DNA of 42,049 nt from Verrucomicrobiota bacterium (GTDB lineage Bacteria > Verrucomicrobiota > Verrucomicrobiia > Limisphaerales > CANJSG01), in assembly GCA_038209745.1 (NCBI GenBank), contig JBBQXJ010000038.1, positions 1 through 42,049 on the forward strand. The letters run 5' to 3'. Below, in pieces: positions 18,033 through 26,186 of this stretch. Within the stretch, counting starts at the first letter, position 1. Each line of letters opens with the position of its first letter. The position numbers were made by a program, and so were the translations under genes. The notes under the pieces are model-generated. The model was not told the origin of the DNA. It saw nothing but the letters and a program-made list of their open reading frames with translations, and did not search any database.

Positions 18033-18806
18033 TCACTTAAAGTTGAAGAACTTCTTCTCCAGCTTCACCAGGTTGGCCGTGAGTTTCTTTACGTTTTCGT
18101 CCTGCGGCAGGAAGTAGGTCGCCCAAGCAGGCCGCTGCCTCATCTTCTCCAGTGCGGCGTAGAAGACGCAGACGGATTCCGATCCGTAACCGGCGCTGAG
18201 CGAGTTTTCAGCCCCCATCTCGATCGATTTCTGCCAATCGGCTCGTTTCATGACGGCGTTGATCGGTTGGTCCGAGGTGAGCTTGTCGGCGTATTTCTCA
18301 TAGTGTCCCAAGTAGTGGTGGGAGAGTTCGACGGCAACCACCATGCTGACCATCTGGGCGAAGTAGGTCCGTTGGTTGTTGAGCAGATCTTCGGTTTTGA
18401 AACGCTGATCGGTGCCGTTTGGCAGTTCGGGGATCCCTTTGGCCGGATCCGTGTCGGATAGGAGTCCCAGATAGCGTTCGAAATATCCCGGTTCCGCCGC
18501 GTCGAAGGCCCGGGCCTGGGCTACGCGCCGCATCAGCTCCACGAAACCGGTGGAAACCACGACGACCTTCAGCCGCTGTCCGTTGAAGGTGAATCCTCCC
18601 GCCCGGACGTAGGGGGTTGGTTCCGTTTCCAATGCGATCGGGTGCGGCGAGAGACCGGCCTGCCGTTTCGGGTCCAAGGATTCGTAAAGGGCATTTCCCA
18701 CCCGAATGGTCTCGGAGAATCCAGAAAACGGATCGTGCGAAGCCGCGTTGAGGGCGATGCTGGCCAAAGCGGTGGCTGCGAGGGCGAATTGGACGAGTTT
18801 CTTCAT
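18033..18806 (-). CDS. Secreted hypothetical protein with M48-peptidase-like, degenerate zinc motif
   Basis: Signal peptide MKKLVQFALAATALASIALNA; VVVSTGFV and AVELSHHYLGH resemble M48 HELxHxxxGH but lack the first His. Confidence 0.6.
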   Translation of the reverse strand: MKKLVQFALAATALASIALNAASHDPFSGFSETIRVGNALYESLDPKRQAGLSPHPIALETEPTPYVRAGGFTFNGQRLKVVVVSTGFVELMRRVAQARAFDAAEPGYFERYLGLLSDTDPAKGIPELPNGTDQRFKTEDLLNNQRTYFAQMVSMVVAVELSHHYLGHYEKYADKLTSDQPINAVMKRADWQKSIEMGAENSLSAGYGSESVCVFYAALEKMRQRPAWATYFLPQDENVKKLTANLVKLEKKFFNFK

Positions 18807-18978
18807 ATTGTTGGCTTCCACGCCGGGCAGCGCTCCGGTTCTCAGTCGCCGGGCTTGTCCCGCAATCTTATCGGAACGGTCGCCGGGCGCTTGAGCGCTG
18901 ATCGTGGGCACACCTGTGGAGCTGATCGCACCGGTTCTCCCTTTTGGCGTTCCATTCCTCGTGCTACCAATTCGCCCC

Positions 18979-20055
18979 GTGCGAACCGAAGTGCTGAAGA
19001 ACGTCAGCCGTCTTGTCGTTAAGTTGGGAACGGGCGTCTTGACCGATGCTCAGAAAAAGCCCGATCTGGCACAGCTCCGCCAGCTCGTGGCGCAGGTGGC
19101 AGGCCAGCGCAAAGCGGGCCGTGAAGTCGTCCTCGTCACTTCGGGCGCAGTCGGCGCGGGGATGGGAGTGCTCGGTCATCGGAAGCGCCCCAAGGAGCTC
19201 GCCGAACTTCAAGCCTGTGCCGCGGTTGGCCAGTCCCGCCTGATGACTACCTATGAGCAGCTCTTTGCGGAACACGGGCTGGCCGTCGCCCAGGTGTTGC
19301 TGACTCATGATGACCTCCAGCACCACGATCGGCATCTCAACGCCCGCAATACCCTCGTCACCTTGCTGAACCATGGTGTCGTCCCCATCATCAACGAGAA
19401 CGACGCGGTCTCTTTCACCGAGATCAAGTTCGGCGACAACGACACGCTCTCGGCCCTCGTCACCGCGCTCCTGCCGGCCGATTTGTTGGTTATCCTGACC
19501 ACGGTTGACGGCGTCATTCGCGACTTTGGCCAGCCGCACCAAGCAACCATCCAGCAGATCGAAAAAATCGATTCCGTCCTGGAAAAGATCGCGGGAGGCA
19601 CCACCAGCGATACGGCGGTCGGAGGCATGGCCTCCAAAATCCAGGCGGCCAAAATCGTCATTCGTTCGGGAATTCCGATGGTCATCGCCTCGGGCCGGAA
19701 GGAGTCCGCTCTCGCCTCCATCCTGGCCGGAGACGACGAAGGCACGCTTTTCGTGCCCCAGGCGCGCAAGTTGGCGGGCCGAAAGCGCTGGATCGCCTTC
19801 TTCCATCATCCCAAGGGCTCTCTCCGGGTGGACACCGGGGCCAAGAAAGCCCTGCGCGAGGGACAGAAGAGCCTTCTTCCGCCCGGCGTAAAGATCGTCG
19901 AAGGCGACTTTTCCGACGGTGATGTTGTCCGCATCTGCGACCTCGACGGCACGGAATTCGCCCGGGGGATCGCGGCGATGAGCGCCGACACTTTGCGCGA
20001 GGGAAAGCCGGGACGAACCGAGGTCGTGCACCGCGACAACCTCGTGATCCTTTAG
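18979..20055 (+). CDS. proB: Glutamate 5-kinase with PUA domain
   Basis: VVKLGT, VTSGAVGAG, AAVGQ, PIINEND, FGDND, GGMASK, RKRWI, EVVHRDNLV. Confidence 0.96.
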   Translation: MRTEVLKNVSRLVVKLGTGVLTDAQKKPDLAQLRQLVAQVAGQRKAGREVVLVTSGAVGAGMGVLGHRKRPKELAELQACAAVGQSRLMTTYEQLFAEHGLAVAQVLLTHDDLQHHDRHLNARNTLVTLLNHGVVPIINENDAVSFTEIKFGDNDTLSALVTALLPADLLVILTTVDGVIRDFGQPHQATIQQIEKIDSVLEKIAGGTTSDTAVGGMASKIQAAKIVIRSGIPMVIASGRKESALASILAGDDEGTLFVPQARKLAGRKRWIAFFHHPKGSLRVDTGAKKALREGQKSLLPPGVKIVEGDFSDGDVVRICDLDGTEFARGIAAMSADTLREGKPGRTEVVHRDNLVIL

Positions 20056-20110
20056 CCCCAGCAGCCTTGGACTCGACACGGCGGTCCGTCATCGGAACCA
20101 TCCCGTTCGT

Positions 20111-20770
20111 ATGGCGGCGAAAAAAAAGCAGGCTCCGATCCTCCAACTCCTCGACGTGATGGCGCGGCTTCGCGCCCCGGATGGATGCCCTTGGGACAAG
20201 GAGCAGGACCACATGACCCTCCGGCTACACGCCGTCGAGGAGGTCTACGAACTGATCGATGCCATCGAGGCTCGCGACGACCACGAGATGGCCGAGGAAC
20301 TGGGCGATGTCCTGCTCCAAGTCGTCTTCCATTGCCAGCTGGCCCGCGAACGCGGCGTGTTCGACTTTGACCGGGTCACCCAGACCCTCGTGGACAAGTT
20401 GATCCGTCGTCATCCCCACGTCTTCGGCGATGTGAAGGTGAAGAACGTCGACCAAGTCTGGGTCAACTGGGAGCAGATCAAGAAGTCGGAGAAGGCCGGC
20501 ACCAAACACGAGCGCCCCTCGGTCCTGGACGGCATTCCCCGGCATTTGCCGTCGTTGCTCCGCGCCGAAAAGCTGGTCAAGAAGGCCCGCAAGTCCGGTC
20601 TCCTACCCAAGCCCGCCAAGGCTCGGATCAACAAGGTCGATGTCGCCCGGCAGCTCTTCGACCTCACCGCCGCCGCCCAGGCCGCCGGCATTTCGGCCGA
20701 GGCGCTCTTGCGCGGGGAAACCCGGCGCCGCGAACGCGCCTTCCGCAAGGCGGAGGCGTCGCGCGGTTAG
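20111..20770 (+). CDS. mazG: MazG-family nucleoside triphosphate pyrophosphohydrolase (short form)
   Basis: LRAPDGCPWDKEQ, EEVYELIDAI, EELGDVLLQVVFH, KLIRRHPHVF. The second domain is largely missing. Confidence 0.88.
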   Translation: MAAKKKQAPILQLLDVMARLRAPDGCPWDKEQDHMTLRLHAVEEVYELIDAIEARDDHEMAEELGDVLLQVVFHCQLARERGVFDFDRVTQTLVDKLIRRHPHVFGDVKVKNVDQVWVNWEQIKKSEKAGTKHERPSVLDGIPRHLPSLLRAEKLVKKARKSGLLPKPAKARINKVDVARQLFDLTAAAQAAGISAEALLRGETRRRERAFRKAEASRG

Positions 20771-20866
20771 CCGGGGTGATGGAGTTCATTCCATCCGCTT
20801 TCACCTTGGTTGGGCCGTGGCGGACAAGGGATGCCTCGCCTAGTTTGGCTCCGGATCTTGAAACCC

Positions 20867-22141
20867 ATGAGCGAATCCACTGAGCAACCCCACATCGTCG
20901 TGATCGGCGCCGGCTTCGGCGGACTGACCTTTTGTCAGGCCTTCCCGGTCGGCCGAGCCCGCATCACGGTCATCGACCGCACCAACCACCATCTCTTCCA
21001 GCCGCTTCTCTACCAAGTGGCCACGGCCGGACTGTCCATTCCCGACATTGCCCAGCCCATCCGCTCGATCCTGTCCTATCGGAACGACATCACGGTCCTG
21101 CTGGATGAAATCCAGAGCGTGGACTTGGCGAACCACGTGGTGCAGGGACGCAACGGCCCCGTCCACTATGATTATCTCGTCGTCGCTGTCGGCGCGCGCA
21201 CGGGCTACTTCGGTCGTCCGGATTGGGAGAAGTTCGCTCCGGGCCTCAAGACCATCGACGACGCCATCCGGCTCCGGCGCCAGATCCTCCTCGCCATCGA
21301 ACAGGCGGAATTGACCGTGGACGAAGCGGAGCGGAAGCGACTGATGACCGCAGTGGTCGTGGGTGGCGGGCCGACCGGCGTGGAACTGGCGGGGGCACTG
21401 GCCGAGCTCTATCGGCACACGCTGGCCGACGACTTTCGGCGAATCGATCCGCAGTTGGGGCGCGTGATCCTGATCGAGGCCGGGCCGCGCATTCTCAGCG
21501 CCTTTCCGCCGGAATCTTCCGAAGCCGGTTTGCGGCAACTGGAGGAGCTCGGAGTGGAAGTCCGGCTCGACACCAAGGTCATGGACATCCGCGAAGGTAT
21601 CGTCGAGGTGACCGGTGAATCCATCGAGGCCGCGAACATCCTTTGGGGCGCCGGAGTCAGCGCCGCGCCATTGGCCGCCCTTTTTGGCGTGGAGACGGAC
21701 CGTGCAGGTCGGCTGAAAGTGCGGCCCGATCTCAGCTTGCCGGGTCATCCCGAAGTGCTCGCCATTGGGGACGTCGCGGCAGTGGTCGACGCGAAAGGGC
21801 ACGCCGTGCCCGGTGTCGCTCCGGCCGCCATGCAGATGGGCAACTACGTGGCCCGGACCTTGGCCGCAGAGATCGCGGGACAGGGCCGATCGGATCGGCG
21901 GGAGCCCTTCGTGTATCTCGACAAAGGATCCATGGCGACGATCGGACGGTCGAAGGCCGTGGCCGTCTTCGCCGGGTTCCAGATGAGCGGCTTCTTCGCC
22001 TGGCTGGCGTGGTTGCTCGTGCATCTGCTCTTTGTGGTCGGGCTTCGGGGCAAGGTTTCCGTGGTCTTGAGCTGGATGTACTCTTGGTTCACCTACAACC
22101 GCAGCTCCCGTGTGATCTATGGGGTGTCGCCGAAAGTCTGA
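20867..22141 (+). CDS. ndh: Type II NADH dehydrogenase-like FAD/NAD oxidoreductase
   Basis: GAGFGG, HHLFQPLLYQVATA, GGGPTGVELAG, AIGD, YLDKGSMATIGR. Confidence 0.92.
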   Translation: MSESTEQPHIVVIGAGFGGLTFCQAFPVGRARITVIDRTNHHLFQPLLYQVATAGLSIPDIAQPIRSILSYRNDITVLLDEIQSVDLANHVVQGRNGPVHYDYLVVAVGARTGYFGRPDWEKFAPGLKTIDDAIRLRRQILLAIEQAELTVDEAERKRLMTAVVVGGGPTGVELAGALAELYRHTLADDFRRIDPQLGRVILIEAGPRILSAFPPESSEAGLRQLEELGVEVRLDTKVMDIREGIVEVTGESIEAANILWGAGVSAAPLAALFGVETDRAGRLKVRPDLSLPGHPEVLAIGDVAAVVDAKGHAVPGVAPAAMQMGNYVARTLAAEIAGQGRSDRREPFVYLDKGSMATIGRSKAVAVFAGFQMSGFFAWLAWLLVHLLFVVGLRGKVSVVLSWMYSWFTYNRSSRVIYGVSPKV

Positions 22142-22162
22142 TCGGCGGGAAATCGACTCCGC

Positions 22163-22649
22163 ATGAAGGTCATCGAAGACAACCGCCAAGCCCGCGCGTA
22201 GATCGTGGTTCCCCCGATTCCCGGACTCCGCGTGCTCTGCTTGGCCGGAGCCGGAGGTCAACCGGCTCCGATCCTCGCCTCCGCCGGAGCTGGCGCGAAG
22301 TCTTCCGCGTTCTGCGTCCGGGAGGCGTTTTCATGGCCGTCTTCATTGATCCGGCGAGCTTCATTTCCTGAGAAATCCTGGCGGATCTTGGGAAATTGGT
22401 CGTTCGGCACCGCCTGCCGTATTCGAATCTGAAGAGCCTGACGGCCCAAGAAAAAGCTGCCTTTTGGAGCAATTGGGCAAGCGGCTGATCTTCGGCCACT
22501 CGCGGGAAGACATTCTCGGAGGGCAGATCGATGTCGGGTTCGCGCCGACCGGGTTCTACGGCGAGCCGTGGCCGGACGAGGGATTTTGGAAGTTGTTTCC
22601 CGGTTGCATGGCGACGCGTGCGACGAAGCCGTTGGAGTCGATCCCATAG
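22163..22649 (+). pseudogene. Class I SAM-dependent methyltransferase pseudogene
   Basis: Fragments in different frames: RVLCLAGAGGQPAPILASAGA (motif I), WREVFRVLRPGGVFMA, and FGHSREDILGGQIDVGF..GFY...MATRATK. Internal stop, deletions and frameshifts. Confidence 0.8.
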
Positions 22650-22794
22650 GCTGTGCCCCTCGGATCTGTCCCCCATCCGACCGGTATCAGGGGGACGAAG
22701 AAGACGCTTCTGGTTTGCCTATTCCCTCCGGGATTGCTTCTCCTTTCGGCCTGTTGCGGCGGGCTCCCCATTCCGGTCGCGCTGAAACCATCGG

Positions 22795-24111
22795 ATGAAC
22801 ATCGCTTTCATAGGACCAGCCTGCGCGGGCAAGAGCACCCAGGCGGCCCGCATCGCCCGGCCTTTCGGCCTGCGCCATCTCTCGACCGGCAAGCTGCTCC
22901 GCGACCATTTCGACCGCCACACCGCCCTTGGCATCCTCGCCAAGAAATACGTGGCCGCCGGCGATCTCGTGCCCGACGACCTCGTGGACGCGATGGTCGA
23001 GGAAGTGGCGCATCGCATGCCGGCGGATTCCGGTCTGCTCTTCGACGGGTTCCCCATGACCATGGCCCAGGCGCAGTTCCTGGATGAGATGTTCCGCAGC
23101 TACGGCCGCCGTCTGGATGCCGTGATCTACGTCCATATCCCCAAGGAAGAGGTCTTTGATCGCGCCGCCGTGCGGATTCCGCGGCGCGCCGACGACATCC
23201 CGGAGATCCTCGAAAACCGGCTGCGCGTCTTCAGCCGGACGATGGCTCCGGTGCTCCGCTACTACATGGATTCGGGGCGGCTCGGCTTCATCGACGGCCA
23301 TGGCGACATCGACGCCGTCCATGGCCAGCTCGTCACCCGCGTCGGCGATCTGCTCGCGGGTGGAAAGCCCCGCATCACCGAAGAGCAGCGCGAGCTGTTG
23401 CTCGATTTTGGCCGGCGCCGTGCGGCCAAAGCCGGGGTGCCCTCGCGGCCCAGCCAGAACTTTCTGCTCGTCGGCGGCCCGGGCAGCGGCAAGGGCACCC
23501 AGGCCGACTTCCTCTGCTCCGATCTCAAGCTCCCGCACATCAGCTCCGGTGATCTTTTCCGCCAGAACATCCAGGACGAAACCGAGTTTGGTCGCATCGC
23601 CAAGGACTACATCGACCGCGGCGAACTGGTGCCCGACGACGTGACCGAGGCCATGGTCCGTGAACGCCTGGCGTCCTCCGATTGCGCTCCCGGCTTCGTG
23701 CTCGATGGGTTCCCGAGAACGCTGCCGCAGGTCCATGCCTTGGACGACATGCTCGTCGGATTGGGCCGCAAGATCACCGCCGTGTTGAACCTCCAGGTGC
23801 CCGACGAAGAGATCGTGGAACGTCTCTCCGGGCGTCGTATCTGCCGCGAATGTCGCCGCTCCTTTCACGCCGAGTTCAATCCCTTCAAAGAGTGCTCGGA
23901 GAACCGTTGCCACGGGGAACACCTCTATCAGCGCGACGACGACAAGCCGGAAACGGTGGTCGTCCGGCTGAACCGCTTCCACGACCAAACCGAACCTCTC
24001 GTCAGCCATTACCGGAATCTCGGCCTGTTGGTCGATATCTGCGGCTCGGGCGAAGTCGACGAAGTCCGCCACCGGCTCGCCCAGGCCACGGCCGTCTTCA
24101 AGACGTCCTAG
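22795..24111 (+). CDS. adk: Tandem two-domain adenylate kinase
   Basis: Two complete AK repeats. First: GPACAGKST/HLSTG/GDLVPD/DGFP/RADD. Second: GGPGSGKGT/HISSGDLFR/GELVPD/DGFPRT/zinc-type LID/QRDDD. Confidence 0.9.
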   Translation: MNIAFIGPACAGKSTQAARIARPFGLRHLSTGKLLRDHFDRHTALGILAKKYVAAGDLVPDDLVDAMVEEVAHRMPADSGLLFDGFPMTMAQAQFLDEMFRSYGRRLDAVIYVHIPKEEVFDRAAVRIPRRADDIPEILENRLRVFSRTMAPVLRYYMDSGRLGFIDGHGDIDAVHGQLVTRVGDLLAGGKPRITEEQRELLLDFGRRRAAKAGVPSRPSQNFLLVGGPGSGKGTQADFLCSDLKLPHISSGDLFRQNIQDETEFGRIAKDYIDRGELVPDDVTEAMVRERLASSDCAPGFVLDGFPRTLPQVHALDDMLVGLGRKITAVLNLQVPDEEIVERLSGRRICRECRRSFHAEFNPFKECSENRCHGEHLYQRDDDKPETVVVRLNRFHDQTEPLVSHYRNLGLLVDICGSGEVDEVRHRLAQATAVFKTS

Positions 24112-24216
24112 GCGGCTGAGCGGCGCCGGGACAGAGCCTTCATTCTGTGCCGGTTTCGTCGTTGGGAGAACGCATTGGCCGAGACGAAGGCGTCTTCGAG
24201 TGGATAGGGTCCGGAC

Positions 24217-26166
24217 ATGAAACCAGCGAAAGAATTCAACCAAATCGAAGGAGACCATTTCGGAGTCAATGCCGGGCGGCGGGCGTCGCGCGTGGTGGTG
24301 TGCGCCGCCTTCCTTTTCCTGTTCGCGACGGCGTCCTCCTGGGGACAAGGCCGGCCGGTCCTCCAGCATAAAACCAACCAGATCGAGGGTTGGACCGTGC
24401 TGGTCGACCCGCGACTGATCGATTCGGAGCTGCCCGCCACCGACAAGGCCCCGGGCCTGCTGCGGGTCCAACTGCAGGAGATCGTCCGAAAGGTTCCCGC
24501 CGAAGCCGTCGCCGAACTGCGGAAGGTGACGCTGTGGTTTTCGCCCGAGTATTCCGGCGTTCAGCCCCGAGCCGAGTATCATCCCGGTGCCGGATGGCTT
24601 CGGGACAACGGGCGGAATCCGGCGATGGCCAAGGGCGTGGAGTTCACCGATGTCCGGAACTTCGAATCCGAGTCGAAGCGGATGCCGAACTTCACGCTGC
24701 ACGAACTGGCCCACGCCTATCACGACCGGGTCTTGCCGGGCGGTTTCGACAACGCCGAGATCACGGCGGCCTACGAAGCGGCGAAAGCCGGCAAGAGCTA
24801 TGACCGGGTCGAGCGCTGGTTCGGCAACGGCCGGCCGAACACCTTCGAGCGCGCCTACGCGATGACGAATCCGCAGGAGTATTTCGCCGAGAGCACGGAG
24901 GCCTTCTTCAGCCGCAACGATTTCTTCCCCTTCACCCGCGCCGAGTTGAAGCGGCACGACCCGGAGATGTTCGCGCTGCTGGCGAAGCTGTGGAAGGCCC
25001 CGTCGCAGCAGGCCGTCAATCACCGGCTGAAGGTCTTCATCCTCGCCGGACAGTCCAACATGGAGGGCCACGCCAGGGTCGGGACCTTCGACTACCTCGG
25101 CGACGATCCGGCCACTGCGCCGCTGCTCGGAAAGATGCGCAACCCCGACGGCACGCCGCATGTCTGCGACCACGTCTGGATCTCCTACCTGACCGGCATC
25201 GGGGAGAACAACGGCGAAGGATTCGGCAGGCTGACGACGGGTTACGGATCACGCGAGGATCCGAAAAAAGACGGCGGCAAGATCGGCCCGGAGTTCACCG
25301 TCGGCCTCACGATGGAAGGGGAGTTCAAGGACCCCGTCCTGCTGATCAAGACCGCGTGGGGCGGCAAGTCGCTCTTCTACGATTTCCGCCCACCCAGCGC
25401 CGGACCGTATCCGCGCACGAAGCAGGACATCGAGAAGGACCGCAATGGCGAAGCCGGCTCCGGGCTCTATTATCGCCTGATGATCGAGCATGTGAAAAAG
25501 GTGCTCGGTGACATCAAGCGCGTCTGTCCCGACTATGACCCGGAGCAGGGGTATGAGGTCGCGGGCTTCGTCTGGTTCCAGGGCTTCAACGACATGGTCG
25601 ATCGCGACGTCTATCCGCCTCTGCCGAAAGACAGCCATGCCAACCGCTTTGCCAAATACAGCGAGTGGATGGCCGATTTCATCCGCGACGCGCGCATGGA
25701 CCTTGGCGCTCCACAACTGCCCTTCGTCATCGGTGTGATGGGCGTGGATGGAGCCAAGGCGGCTGGGGACAACCTGCAATTCCGCGAAGCCATGGCGGCA
25801 CCCGCGAGCCTGACGGAGTTTCGCGGCAACGTCGCCGCGGTGGCGACCGCGCCGTTCTGGGATGAACCGCTCGCTGCCATCCAGGAGAAATACGAGCAGG
25901 TGCGGCAGATGGAATACCTGCTGCGAACGAAGAACAAAAATGCCGCGAACAAGGACGGCACCATGACCGAGGCCGACCAGAAGGCTTGGTTGGAGAAGTT
26001 CGAGGCGGACTTGGTTTCCCCGGCGGAAGTGGCGCTGCGCCAGCGGGGCGCCTCCAACGCCGGCTATCATTACCTGGGTTGCGCCAAGACGTTCGCCCGC
26101 ATCGGAGAAGCCTTCGCCGAGGCGATCCTCGAGATGCGCGCCTCCGCTCCCGTATCGGATCGGTAA
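24217..26166 (+). CDS. Secreted fusion: zinc metallopeptidase-like domain + sialate O-acetylesterase (SASA/SGNH) domain
   Basis: Hydrophobic signal-like segment; LHELAHAYH and YAMTNPQEYFAE; then VFILAGQSNMEG, IKTAWGGKSL, WFQGFND, GYHY. Confidence 0.85.
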   Translation: MKPAKEFNQIEGDHFGVNAGRRASRVVVCAAFLFLFATASSWGQGRPVLQHKTNQIEGWTVLVDPRLIDSELPATDKAPGLLRVQLQEIVRKVPAEAVAELRKVTLWFSPEYSGVQPRAEYHPGAGWLRDNGRNPAMAKGVEFTDVRNFESESKRMPNFTLHELAHAYHDRVLPGGFDNAEITAAYEAAKAGKSYDRVERWFGNGRPNTFERAYAMTNPQEYFAESTEAFFSRNDFFPFTRAELKRHDPEMFALLAKLWKAPSQQAVNHRLKVFILAGQSNMEGHARVGTFDYLGDDPATAPLLGKMRNPDGTPHVCDHVWISYLTGIGENNGEGFGRLTTGYGSREDPKKDGGKIGPEFTVGLTMEGEFKDPVLLIKTAWGGKSLFYDFRPPSAGPYPRTKQDIEKDRNGEAGSGLYYRLMIEHVKKVLGDIKRVCPDYDPEQGYEVAGFVWFQGFNDMVDRDVYPPLPKDSHANRFAKYSEWMADFIRDARMDLGAPQLPFVIGVMGVDGAKAAGDNLQFREAMAAPASLTEFRGNVAAVATAPFWDEPLAAIQEKYEQVRQMEYLLRTKNKNAANKDGTMTEADQKAWLEKFEADLVSPAEVALRQRGASNAGYHYLGCAKTFARIGEAFAEAILEMRASAPVSDR

Positions 26167-26186
26167 ATTGAATGAGACACGCGCCC

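Noticed and set aside
22687..25173. 828-aa minus-strand ORF, and similar long antisense ORFs (353-1660, 18964-20079, 20840-22261, 33267-34460, 38064-39257)
   Set aside because: Shadow frames of well-supported genes on the opposite strand in high-GC DNA; no recognisable motifs.
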